From positions 11,381 through 75,380 of the forward strand of contig PKYI01000159.1 of assembly GCA_003133645.1 (NCBI GenBank): DNA of 64,000 nucleotides, given 5' to 3'. The translations under genes were made by a program, and so were the position numbers. Within the stretch, counting starts at the first letter, position 1. Every line of letters starts with the position of its first letter. This DNA comes from Acidobacteriota bacterium. GTDB lineage: Bacteria; Acidobacteriota; Thermoanaerobaculia; Thermoanaerobaculales; Thermoanaerobaculaceae. The notes beneath the pieces were generated by a model. The model was not told the origin of the DNA, did not search any database, and saw only the letters and a program-made list of their open reading frames with translations. This document shows, in pieces, positions 16,720-27,524 of the stretch.

Positions 16720-18056
16720 GCAAGTTGCTGGCGGTGCTCAAGCGGGAGTACGTCGAGGTCGTCCGCAAGAAGTCGTTCATCATCATGACCCTGATCTTCC
16801 CGTTCCTGATGGCGGCGCTGATGTTCGTCCCCACGCTCCTGATGATGAAGGGGATTGAGAGCAAGCGCGTGGTCGTGGTGGACGGCACGGGGAAGCTTCA
16901 GGACGCGTTCGGCACCCACGCGCCGGACGTGCCCCTCCGGCCCGCGAGCAAGGTCGGCCGCGAGTTCGCGAAGCAGGCCGAGGGGGCGCAGGCGGCCAAG
17001 GTGGCCGAGCTCACCACCGAGTACGTCGCGGCCTCGGGCGACGCGAAGTCCGCCGCCCAGCCCTACCTGGACCGCCTCAGGGAGAACGACGACACGCGGG
17101 CACGGCTGGACGGCGTGCTGGTGATCCCGTCAGACGCCTTCACCGACGCCTCGGCGAAGCTCGTCTACTACAGCCGCGCCGCGTCGGACCTCATGACCCA
17201 GGAGCGCCTCGCGACCACGGTCAACCACGCCCTGGCGCGGGGCAGGCTCGCAGGACGCGGCATCGACGCCGCTGACGCCGATCGGCTGCTCAAGCGCCTG
17301 GACCTCGAGAGCGTCCAGCTTTCGAAGAGCGGCAAGGAGAAGAAGGGCGGCGAGCTGTCGTTCCTGGTCGGGTTCATCTTCGCGGCGCTGCTGCTGTTCC
17401 CGACGATGATCCACGGCCAGGAGGTGATGCGCGGGATCGTGCAGGAGAAGACCGAGCGCGTCATCGAGATCCTGATCTCCTCGATGCCGTCGTTCGACCT
17501 GCTCTCGGGCAAGGTGGCGGGCCTCGCCCTTGTCGGGCTCACCCAGGTCGGCGCCTGGCTCGCGATGGGCGGCGCGATGGCCGTCTACTCCGGCGGCGCC
17601 GCCATGGTGGCGGGGATCAACGTCTTCCAGTACGTGGACCTGCGGGTGATCCCGTGGTTCTTCGTGTTCTTCCTGCTCGGGTACCTGACGTTCGTGTGCA
17701 TCTACGCCGTCGGCGGCGCGATCTCCAACTCCGACAAGGAGGCGCAACAGTTCATGGGGCCGATCATGATGGTCGCGATGGTCCCGTGGATGCTGGCGTT
17801 CCCGATCCTGCAGAACCCCGAGTCGACGCTGGCAACCGTGCTCTCGCTGATCCCGGTGTTCACGCCGATCACGATGTTCATGCGCATCATCGTGAGCGAG
17901 CCGCCGATGTGGCAGGTGGGTCTCTCGATCGCACTCTCGGTCGCCACGATCTACGTGTTCTTCTGGATGACCGCCAAGATCTTCCGGATCGGCATTCTTT
18001 CCTATGGCAAGCGGCCGAGCCCGGCGGAACTATGGCGCTGGCTCAAAGTGGCGTGA
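16716..18056 (+). CDS. ABC-2 family transporter permease (NatB-like)
   Basis: Overlaps the ATPase stop (ATGA). One N-terminal TM helix, a large extracytoplasmic loop, then 5 C-terminal TM helices (FLVGFIFAALLLFP...IYVFFWMTAKIF). Confidence 0.8.
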   Translation: MSKLLAVLKREYVEVVRKKSFIIMTLIFPFLMAALMFVPTLLMMKGIESKRVVVVDGTGKLQDAFGTHAPDVPLRPASKVGREFAKQAEGAQAAKVAELTTEYVAASGDAKSAAQPYLDRLRENDDTRARLDGVLVIPSDAFTDASAKLVYYSRAASDLMTQERLATTVNHALARGRLAGRGIDAADADRLLKRLDLESVQLSKSGKEKKGGELSFLVGFIFAALLLFPTMIHGQEVMRGIVQEKTERVIEILISSMPSFDLLSGKVAGLALVGLTQVGAWLAMGGAMAVYSGGAAMVAGINVFQYVDLRVIPWFFVFFLLGYLTFVCIYAVGGAISNSDKEAQQFMGPIMMVAMVPWMLAFPILQNPESTLATVLSLIPVFTPITMFMRIIVSEPPMWQVGLSIALSVATIYVFFWMTAKIFRIGILSYGKRPSPAELWRWLKVA

Positions 18057-18176
18057 CGTTGGGTCGCCCCTCGCGGGCCGAGGCCGTGTCGCTCGGGCGA
18101 CCAAGGCCCGAACGTCGCTTCACCCGAGGGGCAAAGCAGGAAGCTCCACGCAGTGGAAGAAGAAGGGCGGCCGGGG

Positions 18177-19268
18177 CTACGGCATGAAGGTGTAGGCGAT
18201 GTAGATCTCGGAGGGCACCGGAACCCCGTTGCACGTGGCCGGCGCGTACTTCCAATCCTTCGCCGCCTTCTTGACGTTGTCGTGGAGCACACCGTGCGCC
18301 TGGATGAAGGCGAGATCGTGGATGATTCCGTCCGTTCCCACCTCGGCGAGGGCGATGACCGTTCCGAACGTCCGCCTGGCCTTGGCGTAGGTGTCGACGC
18401 CCGCATCCTCCTTCGTGACCAGCCTGGGAGGCGCCGGCGTCTCACACTCCGGCCACCGGTCGGCGCCGGCCGGCGCCACGAAGCTGCCCTCGGCCTGAGC
18501 GCCGGAGTCGGCAACCAGTTCCACCACGGTCGCCTCGACCGCAAGCTCCTTCCCCTCGAAGCAGCGCATCGTCTTGGGGAACGTCTTGGCGCCGAGCGCG
18601 ACCTGGCCTTCGTACTCGAAGCGCGGCAACTCCTTGCCGTACTCGGCGGAAAGGAGAGCGCCGGTGTCGGCGTCGAAGCACAACGCCGCCCGACTGTCTT
18701 TCCAGGGTCCCACCTCCGGGATCGCCGCTCGCCCCGCGATGTCACGTTGCCAGAGCGCCGCGGTGGGCCCGCTAGCCACGCAGAGCGCGGGCCGGCCGGC
18801 GACCGTCTGCTGTGAGATGCCCTTGACCTCGGCCCCCGGCGCCAGCTTCAGGTGCGACCCGAGGTCGAGGAGCTGCGAGACCTCGTGGAACCGGTACGGC
18901 TTGTCCACCACGTTGCGTTTGCGCCAGCGCTGGCCGTCGGTCAGACCGGTGGACTCGGTGTACCCGGGGAACCGGACCACCTCGAACCACTGCGAGGGTG
19001 GCGCCGCCAGGAGCAGGACTTCGCCTTCCCGCGTCCCGTCCACCAAGCCGAAGAGCTTGACATGGATGCGCAGGCGGAACCGCCCGGTGTCCGGCGAGAG
19101 CAGGTTCTCGAGCATGGCGGCCCTGGCGACCAGCGCGATCCCGCGTTGCTGCTGGTCATCGGCGCCGAGGGCCGGCGTCGCGCTCAGGGCGGCAAGTCCT
19201 ACAAGTGCGACGAGGGTAGACCAGGCCGGGCGCAGAAACTGCGGTCGAACGACGGATTCGGACCTCAT
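18177..19268 (-). CDS. Secreted hypothetical protein with a TonB-C-like C-terminal domain
   Basis: Signal-like WSTLVALVGLAALSATPALGA. The C-terminal ~80 aa (GTVIALAEVGTDGIIHDLAFIQAHGVLHDNVKKAAKDWKYAPATCNGVPVPSEIYIAYTF) resembles the energy-transducer TonB C-terminal fold. The domain call is from memory of the family only. Confidence 0.5.
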   Translation of the reverse strand: MRSESVVRPQFLRPAWSTLVALVGLAALSATPALGADDQQQRGIALVARAAMLENLLSPDTGRFRLRIHVKLFGLVDGTREGEVLLLAAPPSQWFEVVRFPGYTESTGLTDGQRWRKRNVVDKPYRFHEVSQLLDLGSHLKLAPGAEVKGISQQTVAGRPALCVASGPTAALWQRDIAGRAAIPEVGPWKDSRAALCFDADTGALLSAEYGKELPRFEYEGQVALGAKTFPKTMRCFEGKELAVEATVVELVADSGAQAEGSFVAPAGADRWPECETPAPPRLVTKEDAGVDTYAKARRTFGTVIALAEVGTDGIIHDLAFIQAHGVLHDNVKKAAKDWKYAPATCNGVPVPSEIYIAYTFMP

Positions 19269-19356
19269 GGCGGACCTCCAATTCCGAATGGACCTTGTGT
19301 AAGCAGTATCGGTCCGCCGAAACCCGAGCGCAACCGGGTCGGTGAGGGTCGGGATC

Positions 19357-19385
19357 CGGTCCCCGGACCCCGGACCCCGGACCCC
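19357..19385. repeat. Heptanucleotide tandem repeat (CGGACCC)x4; the minus strand reads (GGGGTCC)n, a G-quadruplex motif
   Basis: cggtccc cggaccc cggaccc cggaccc, lying 8 nt downstream of the glmS stop codon. Confidence 0.9.
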
Positions 19386-19392
19386 TGTCTTC

Positions 19393-21183
<1,791 letters not shown>

Positions 21184-21328
21184 ATAGACCTCCTCATGGT
21201 CAGGTAAAAGGGCCGTGCCCGCGAGGCACCCCGGCGTCGAGCACCGGTGCGGCGAGCGGCCAATTGTAGCCTCTCGGCGCCACCCACGGTTCGCCGCCGG
21301 CCGGACGCAGCTGCGGTAAAGTATTGAA

Positions 21329-22795
21329 ATGGACTCGAACGACGGACGCCAGCGCGCCACCCTGCAACGCATCGCCCACCGCGCCATGCTCGAGCGCGGA
21401 CTCGAGCCGGACTTCTCCCCAGCGGTGCTCGCCCAGGTCGCAAGCGTCCAGGCGGCGGCGCCTCGGAGCAACGGGGCGCGCGACCTGCGCGCTCTCCCGT
21501 GGTGCTCGATCGACAACGACGACTCGATGGACCTCGACCAGCTCTCGGTCGCGCGCCGGACGAACGGCGGGGCGGTGGAGGTTCTGGTCGCGGTCGCCGA
21601 CGTGGATGCCCTGGTCGGCAAGGGGTCGCCGGTGGACGCCCACGCCCGCGCGAACACGACCTCGGTGTACACGGCGGCGGAGATCTTCCCGATGCTGCCG
21701 GAGAAGCTCTCGACCGACCTCACCTCGCTCGCCGACCGTCAGGATCGCCCCGCGGTCGTGGTCGAGATCACGGTGGGAGCCGACGGCTCGATCACGGGTT
21801 CGGACGTATACCGGGCGGTGGTCACGAACCACGCCAAGCTCGCGTACGACTCGGTGGCGGCGTGGCTGGAGGGGACCGGCCCGGTCCCGCCGGTACTCGC
21901 CGCGGCGCCGGGCCTCGAGGTCAACCTGCGGATGCAGGACGATGTCGCGCAGCGCTTGCGCGAGTCCCGGCACGAACGCGGCGCCCTCGACCTGCAGACG
22001 ATCGAGGCGCGCCCGGTGTTCGATGCGGGCGAGATCACGGACCTGCGCCCCGAGGAGCGCAACCGCGCCAAGGAGCTGATCGAGGACCTCATGATCGCGG
22101 CCAACGGAGTGACCGCGCGATTCCTCGCGGCGAAGGAGCTGCCGTCGCTGCGCCGGGTCGTGCGCACGCCCAAGCGCTGGGAGCGCATCGTGGAAGTGGC
22201 GGGCCACTTCGGTGAGGCGCTGCCCGCGCAACCCGACGCCAGGGCGCTCGCCGGATTCCTCGCCAAGCGGCGCGCCGCCGACCCGCTGCGCTTCCCCGAC
22301 CTCTCGCTCACGGTGATCAAGCTGCTGGGCGCCGGCGAGTACGTTGTCGAGCGGCCGGGGCAGGTCGCACCCGGCCACTTCGGCCTCGCCGTCAAGGACT
22401 ACACGCACGCCACGGCGCCCAACCGGCGCTTCCCCGACCTCATCACGCAGCGCCTGCTCAAGGCCGCGCTCGCCGGCGCGCCGACGCCCTACGCCGACGC
22501 GGAGCTTGCGGAGTTGGCGACGCACTGCACGCAGCAGGAGGACGCCGCCAACAAGGTCGAGCGCCAGGTGGCCAAATCGGCCGCCGCAATGCTCCTGGCG
22601 GGGAAGATCGGCCAGGAGTTCGACGGGATCATCACCGGCGCCTCCGAGAAGGGGACGTGGGTGCGGGTTTTCCAACCGCCGGTGGAGGGGCGCGTGATGC
22701 GCGGGTTCGAGGGGGCGGATGTCGGCCATCGCCTCCGTGTCCGCCTCGTGCGCACCGACGTCGAGCGCGGCTTCATCGACTTCGAGCGCGCGTAG
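21329..22795 (+). CDS. RNB-domain exoribonuclease (RNase II/R family) with C-terminal S1-like domain
   Basis: WCSIDNDDSMDLDQLSVA...VADVDALV (RNB motif I region), TSVYTAAEIFPMLPEKLS, HFGLAVKDYTHATAPNRRFPDLITQRLL. The C-terminal segment GIITGASEKGTWVRVFQPPVEGRV is S1-like. Confidence 0.85.
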   Translation: MDSNDGRQRATLQRIAHRAMLERGLEPDFSPAVLAQVASVQAAAPRSNGARDLRALPWCSIDNDDSMDLDQLSVARRTNGGAVEVLVAVADVDALVGKGSPVDAHARANTTSVYTAAEIFPMLPEKLSTDLTSLADRQDRPAVVVEITVGADGSITGSDVYRAVVTNHAKLAYDSVAAWLEGTGPVPPVLAAAPGLEVNLRMQDDVAQRLRESRHERGALDLQTIEARPVFDAGEITDLRPEERNRAKELIEDLMIAANGVTARFLAAKELPSLRRVVRTPKRWERIVEVAGHFGEALPAQPDARALAGFLAKRRAADPLRFPDLSLTVIKLLGAGEYVVERPGQVAPGHFGLAVKDYTHATAPNRRFPDLITQRLLKAALAGAPTPYADAELAELATHCTQQEDAANKVERQVAKSAAAMLLAGKIGQEFDGIITGASEKGTWVRVFQPPVEGRVMRGFEGADVGHRLRVRLVRTDVERGFIDFERA

Positions 22796-22878
22796 CCTGT
22801 CTTCCCCACGCGGTCGAGGGTTGCGTCGGCCGGGCTGCCAGGCGGTGGGGGTGCTGGCGCTCGAGGGTGACCTGACGC

Positions 22879-22907
22879 TTGCATTTCATTTACGTAATAG
22901 GTATAGT
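22879..22907 (+). promoter_or_regulatory. Strong sigma70-type promoter candidate for the HigB-like/HigA operon
   Basis: TTGCAT-N17-TATAGT in a locally AT-rich patch, 23 nt upstream of the toxin ATG. The spacer contains the palindrome TACGTA. Confidence 0.55.
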
Positions 22908-22929
22908 GTTCTTGCTGGACGGAGGGTGG

Positions 22930-23265
22930 ATGGCGGTCCTGTTCAGGACGAAGAGGTTGCAGAAGGTCTGCAACTCGGAACAGGAAACCATCAGTGCGTT
23001 CGGCCGAACGTGCGGGAGGTTGCTTCAGAGGCGGCTGGTAGATCTTGCAGCGGCCACCTCGCTCGCCGAGTTGAGCGCGTTGCCCCAGACCCGGTGTCAT
23101 CCTCTGAAGGGGCAGCGAGAGGGGCAATTTGCCGTGAATCTTGAGCACCCGCGGCGGTTGATTCTGGAGCCGGCGCACGACCCGGTACCCTTGAGCAAAG
23201 ACGGGGGCATCGATCTCCAGCGGATTACGCGGGTTTAGGTTGTCGAAGTCGTGGATTATCACTGA
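22930..23265 (+). pseudogene. HigB-like (RelE/ParE superfamily) toxin interrupted by an in-frame TAG 9 codons before the family-typical ...VVEVVDYH* end
   Basis: MAVLFRTKRLQKVC...CHPLKGQREGQFAVNLEHPRRLILEP matches the HigB/killer-protein core (hPLKGdRkGqwsi...wRlif). The reading frame is ...ITRV TAG(23236-23238) GTT GTC GAA GTC GTG GAT TAT CAC TGA(23263-23265). The post-stop peptide VVEVVDYH is the canonical C-terminus. The antitoxin SD/ATG is spaced relative to the second stop. Confidence 0.6.
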
Positions 23266-23278
23266 TAGGGAGGCAGCA

Positions 23279-24367
23279 ATGGTGCAGCACACAGAGTTCC
23301 GCTGCGAGCCCGACTACGCGGTAGCCCCTGGCGAGACTCTGCAGGAGGCGCTCGATGTGCTGGGGATGTCTCAGGTGCAGCTTGCGGAGCGTACCGGCCT
23401 GACGCCGAAGACCATCAACCTCATCATCAAGGGAGCTGCGCCGATCACACCAGCTACCGCGCTGCAACTGGAGCGCGTCCTTGGCACGCCCGCCAGCTTC
23501 TGGAACAACCGTGAAGTCCGGTACCGTGAATCACTCGCTCGCCGTGCGGAAGCCACCCAACTTGGGACGCAGGGCGCGTGGCTCAAAAGGATCCCATTTA
23601 GAGCGATGGCGAAGCTGGGGTGGATTAGGTTGCACTCGGAGCCCACACAACAACTGAGGGAAGTCTTGGGCTTCTTCGGGGTGGCGAGCACCGAGCAATG
23701 GGAGACGGTTTGGGCGAGCCCGTCAGCGGCGTTCCGGGCGTCGCCCGCATTCGCAAAGGACCCCGGGGCTGTGGCGGCGTGGCTCAGGAGAGGCGAGTTG
23801 CAGGCGCAGGCGATACCAACAAGTGCGTATGACGCTTCAAAGTTCCGTGATGCGCTGGACCAGGCCCGAGCGCTGACAAACGAGCCGCCAGAGGTATTCA
23901 CAAAGGACCTGGTTGGGATCTGCGCCGGTGCCGGTGTGGCAATCGCGTTCGTCCACGAGTTGCCGCGCCTGCGGACGAGCGGTGCGACGCGCTGGCTCTC
24001 GCCGGCTAAGGCACTGATTCAACTTGGCCTGCGCTACAAGACGGACGATCAGCTGTGGTTCACCTTCTTCCACGAGGGTGCTCACATCCTCCTACATGGG
24101 AAGCGGGACGTGTTCCTGGAGGACGATGGCGAGAAGTCGGACAAAGAGCGGGAGGCCAACCGCTTCGCGGCAGACAAGTTGATTCCCCCGCGGGTGTATA
24201 GGGCGTTCGCCGCAAACAAGCTGCACTTCAGCAAGGCCAGCATCCAACGCTTCGCCACGGATGTCGGAGTGGCGCCCGGTATTATTGTCGGTCGTTTGCA
24301 GCATGACGGGCGGTTGCCAGTAACGCACTGCAACGATCTCAAGCGCCACCTCCAATGGGCTGGTTGA
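23279..24367 (+). CDS. HigA-type XRE-family HTH antitoxin fused to an ImmA/IrrE (M78, COG2856) zinc metallopeptidase domain
   Basis: GGGAGG-N5-ATG at 23279. HTH: PGETLQEALDVLGMSQVQLAERTGLTPKTINLIIKGAAPITPATALQLERVLGTPASFWNN. C-terminal HEXXH: FTFFHEGAHILLHG...EREANRFAADKLIPP. Confidence 0.8.
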   Translation: MVQHTEFRCEPDYAVAPGETLQEALDVLGMSQVQLAERTGLTPKTINLIIKGAAPITPATALQLERVLGTPASFWNNREVRYRESLARRAEATQLGTQGAWLKRIPFRAMAKLGWIRLHSEPTQQLREVLGFFGVASTEQWETVWASPSAAFRASPAFAKDPGAVAAWLRRGELQAQAIPTSAYDASKFRDALDQARALTNEPPEVFTKDLVGICAGAGVAIAFVHELPRLRTSGATRWLSPAKALIQLGLRYKTDDQLWFTFFHEGAHILLHGKRDVFLEDDGEKSDKEREANRFAADKLIPPRVYRAFAANKLHFSKASIQRFATDVGVAPGIIVGRLQHDGRLPVTHCNDLKRHLQWAG

Positions 24368-24585
24368 ATCGCGCTCAGCCAGAGGCCTCCGAGAGTGCTG
24401 CTTGGTGGAGCGGTGATACCATGCCGCTTGTGGCACATCGGCGCCCGTCTTCTGCTTCCAGCCCGCTCCTCGAACGGAATCGAGGGGTCTTTGGCCCGCT
24501 CATTCCCACCGCGCGCGTCTGGGGCATCGGGGAGGATCCCTTGCCCCTGGCAGGCCCAAGACGCCCGGAGAGGCGGTGAACGGAC

Positions 24586-25029
24586 ATGAGCGACCGCCCG
24601 AAAGCTCAGAATGGACCAGCGAAGATCCTCATCGTCGACGACGAGCGCGACATCGTGGAGTACCTGACCATGGCCCTCGAGGACGCGGGGTTCAAAGCTG
24701 CGGGACTGGCAGGCACGGAGGGGGCCCTCGAGTGGATCGCGGCCGAGCGACCCGACCTGGTCCTGCTGGATGTGATGATGCCCGGCCACACCGGTCTCTC
24801 CCTCTACAGAGCGATGCGCGAGGGCGAGGCGACGAAGCGGATCCCCGTGGTCATTATCAGCGGCTACGCGCGGAAGGACGATTTCTCGAAGATGGGCCTG
24901 GACGAGTTGGAGTCGGGACGGCTGCCTCCCCCCGACGGGTACCTGGAGAAGCCCATCACGGTGCCCACGTTGCTCGCCACCTTGCGGAGGCTCTTGGAGC
25001 GCGATGAAACCCGAAGCGGAACAGGATGA
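24586..25029 (+). CDS. Response regulator, receiver domain only (CheY-like)
   Basis: KILIVDDERDIVEYL...DLVLLDVMMPG...PVVIISG...EKP. Confidence 0.9.
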   Translation: MSDRPKAQNGPAKILIVDDERDIVEYLTMALEDAGFKAAGLAGTEGALEWIAAERPDLVLLDVMMPGHTGLSLYRAMREGEATKRIPVVIISGYARKDDFSKMGLDELESGRLPPPDGYLEKPITVPTLLATLRRLLERDETRSGTG

Positions 25030-26518
25030 GGTTCGAAGGCTCCTGAGCGATCGCCTCTTCGACCTGGCGCCGGTCATGATGGTGGCGCTGGACGCGGAGT
25101 TCCGGATCGTGGAGGCGAACGCGGCCTTCGCCCGGCTCTTCGGTGCGTGGGAGGGCCAGCGCTGCTACGAGCTCATGAAGGGGCGCCAATCGCAGTGCGA
25201 GCAGTGTCAGGTGTCGCTTGCCTTCGCCGACGGCAAGGCCAGATTGTGCGACGAACTCCTGACCGTCGCACGCGACACCATCTCCCAGTTCATCGTGCGC
25301 GTGGCACCCCTGGGGCAACCCGGGGGTGGAGGCGGCCCGTACCTCCTGTGGATGGCTTCGAAGGTCAACGAGGCCAGCATCCTGCAGCGCGAGAACGACA
25401 TTCTCTTCGAGGGGGTGCCGTGCTACGTGACGGTCCTCGACCGGGACCTGGAGGTGATCCGCGCCAACCGCCGCATGCGCGAGACCTTCGGGAAGGTCCC
25501 GGGTAAGAAGTGCTACGAGGCCTACAAACGGCGCGACCGGCCCTGCCGGAAGTGCCCCGCCCTTCTGGTATTCGAGGACGGGCAGGAGCACACGGCCGAA
25601 CAGGTCGGGGTCACCGCGAACGGGGAGGCGGCGCACTACATCGTGACGGCGTCACCTCTCTCCCGCGAGGGGGGCTCGCCGAACGGGCAGGTGAATTTCG
25701 TCATCGAGATCGCCACCGATGTCACGCACCTCAGAACGCTGGAGCACGAAAAGATCGAGGCCGAGAGGATGGCGGCGGTCGGCCAGACCGTGGCGGGGTT
25801 GGCGCACGGGATCAAGAACATCCTCATGGGCGTGGAGGGCGGCATCTACGTCATGGAATCGGGGATGCGGAAGGGCCAGATCGACCGAGTCGAGCGCGGC
25901 GTCCAGATGCTCAAGCGCAACGTGGAGAAGATCTCGTCGCTGGTGAAGAACCTGCTGAGCTTCTCCAAGGGCCGGCCGCCCCACGTCACGGTCGTGGATC
26001 CCAACGCCCCGGCCCGCGAGGTCCTCGATCTCTACTCGGGGATGGCACGCCAGGCGGGTGTCGTCCTCGAGGGCACCCTCCAGCAGGACTTGGCGCCGGC
26101 CGCCCTGGACGCGGAGGGGATCCACGCCTGCCTCACCAACCTCGTCTCCAACGCGGTCGATGCATGCCTGGCGAGCGAGAAGAAGGATTGCAAGGTGGTG
26201 CTCACGACCTCGGAGGCCGATGGGGCACTGGTGTACGAGGTGGCGGACAACGGTTGCGGCATGGACTACGAGGTCAAGAAGAAGATCTTCACGACCTTCT
26301 TCACCACCAAGGGAGCGGGAGGTACGGGCCTTGGCCTCCTGACGTCGCGAAAGATCGTGCAAGAGCACGGCGGCAAGATCCTGGTAGAATCTGACCCAGG
26401 CAAGGGCACCAGGGTCCGCATCGTCTTGCCGCGCGACCGGCTTCCGGTCGTGACGGCGGTCGGCGCGGCTGTGAACGAGGGTCAGAAGGAGGGGGTATCC
26501 CGTGGCGAGACCCAGTGA
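25004..26518 (+). CDS. Cytoplasmic sensor histidine kinase with two PAS-like modules, each carrying a Cx10CxxC motif
   Basis: No TM helices seen. Motifs: QRCYELMKGRQSQCEQCQ (C54/C65/C68) and KKCYEAYKRRDRPCRKCP (C170/C181/C184). H-box AGLAHGIKNIL. N/G boxes: LTNLVSNAVDA, DNGCGM, GTGLGL. Confidence 0.85.
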   Translation: MKPEAEQDEVRRLLSDRLFDLAPVMMVALDAEFRIVEANAAFARLFGAWEGQRCYELMKGRQSQCEQCQVSLAFADGKARLCDELLTVARDTISQFIVRVAPLGQPGGGGGPYLLWMASKVNEASILQRENDILFEGVPCYVTVLDRDLEVIRANRRMRETFGKVPGKKCYEAYKRRDRPCRKCPALLVFEDGQEHTAEQVGVTANGEAAHYIVTASPLSREGGSPNGQVNFVIEIATDVTHLRTLEHEKIEAERMAAVGQTVAGLAHGIKNILMGVEGGIYVMESGMRKGQIDRVERGVQMLKRNVEKISSLVKNLLSFSKGRPPHVTVVDPNAPAREVLDLYSGMARQAGVVLEGTLQQDLAPAALDAEGIHACLTNLVSNAVDACLASEKKDCKVVLTTSEADGALVYEVADNGCGMDYEVKKKIFTTFFTTKGAGGTGLGLLTSRKIVQEHGGKILVESDPGKGTRVRIVLPRDRLPVVTAVGAAVNEGQKEGVSRGETQ

Positions 26519-27038
26519 GAGGCGCGTTCTGGTGGTGGATGACGAAGAAGACGTGATCACGTTCCTGACCATGGCCCTCGAGGACGCGGGTTTCCAGACC
26601 GATTCGGCCCGCAGCGTCGACGAGGCTCTCGACAAGGTCAGAGTCTCGCCCCCCGACTGCATTTCCCTCGACATGGTCATGCCCGGGAAGTCCGGCATCG
26701 TCCTGTTCCACGAGCTGCACAAGAACCCCGCATGGTCCAGGATCCCCGTGCTCTTCGTGACGGGCCACGCGAAGGATGAGAGGGTCAAGGGCGATTTGGA
26801 CGCCGCCGCGTCCCTCGCGCAGAGCACGATGTCGGGCCCTGCCACCTACCTGGAGAAGCCGGTGACCGCCGAGAGCTTTGTCCGGGCCGTGGCGGCGGCG
26901 GCAGGCGTCGAGTTGCCCGAAGGCGAGGAGGGCGTGCCCTCGCCGATGGACCTGCGGAGCGAAGTCGAACGGCTGGCTCGCACTGCCGATCCCGAGGCCC
27001 TCGCCCAGGCGTTGCACCTGCTCAAGACCAAGTCCTGA
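26502..27038 (+). CDS. Response regulator, receiver domain with short C-terminal extension
   Basis: RVLVVDDEEDVITFL...CISLDMVMPGKSG...PVLFVTGH...EKP. Overlaps the kinase stop. Confidence 0.85.
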   Translation: MARPSERRVLVVDDEEDVITFLTMALEDAGFQTDSARSVDEALDKVRVSPPDCISLDMVMPGKSGIVLFHELHKNPAWSRIPVLFVTGHAKDERVKGDLDAAASLAQSTMSGPATYLEKPVTAESFVRAVAAAAGVELPEGEEGVPSPMDLRSEVERLARTADPEALAQALHLLKTKS

Positions 27039-27109
27039 CGGCGGCAGGGGCGTGGCTCTCGCGGGGTTCTTCGCCCGCAGCGGCGCGTCTTCCTTGCCGG
27101 CAGCGGGGA

Positions 27110-27511
27110 TCAGGCCGGTTTAAGTGCGGGTTCGGCGTTTCCCACGAGGCGCTTCACCTCGGCGAGCAGGTCTTCGGGCTTCACGGGCTTCTCCAAGTAG
27201 CCTTCGGGGGCCGGGACCTGGGCACGGGACGAGATGAACTGCTTGAAGTCGTGGGTGACGCCTGTGACGATGATGACCGGAACCCTCCTGAGCGCCTCAT
27301 CTTCTTTGAGCTGCCGGTAGGTCTTCACGCCGGTCATCTCGGGCATGGTGATATCCAGCGTGATGAGATCGGGGTGGCCCTTCCTGATCTGCTCCATGGC
27401 CTCATCCCCGTTGGCGGCTTCCAGCGTGTCGTAGCCCGCGTCTTTGAGGACCGTGCTGAGGTAGGTCACCACGTCCGGCTCGTCGTCCACCACCAGGATC
27501 GTCTTGCTCAT
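27110..27511 (-). CDS. Response regulator, receiver domain only
   Basis: KTILVVDDEPDVVTYL...DLITLDITMPEMTG...PVIIVTG...EKP. Last gene of the DsrMK-like operon (13-nt gap). Confidence 0.9.
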   Translation of the reverse strand: MSKTILVVDDEPDVVTYLSTVLKDAGYDTLEAANGDEAMEQIRKGHPDLITLDITMPEMTGVKTYRQLKEDEALRRVPVIIVTGVTHDFKQFISSRAQVPAPEGYLEKPVKPEDLLAEVKRLVGNAEPALKPA

Positions 27512-27524
27512 AAGGGGCCCCCTC

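Noticed and set aside
21184-21328. Possible glmS ribozyme in the glmS 5' region, and the 180-codon N-terminal extension of ORF 19393..21723
   Set aside because: The 145-nt divergent intergenic region is shorter than a glmS ribozyme. I could not find its conserved core (AGCGCC.GAACU ... GACGAGG). The extension is artefact because MCGIFG with a good SD marks the true start. An Rfam scan would settle the ribozyme question.
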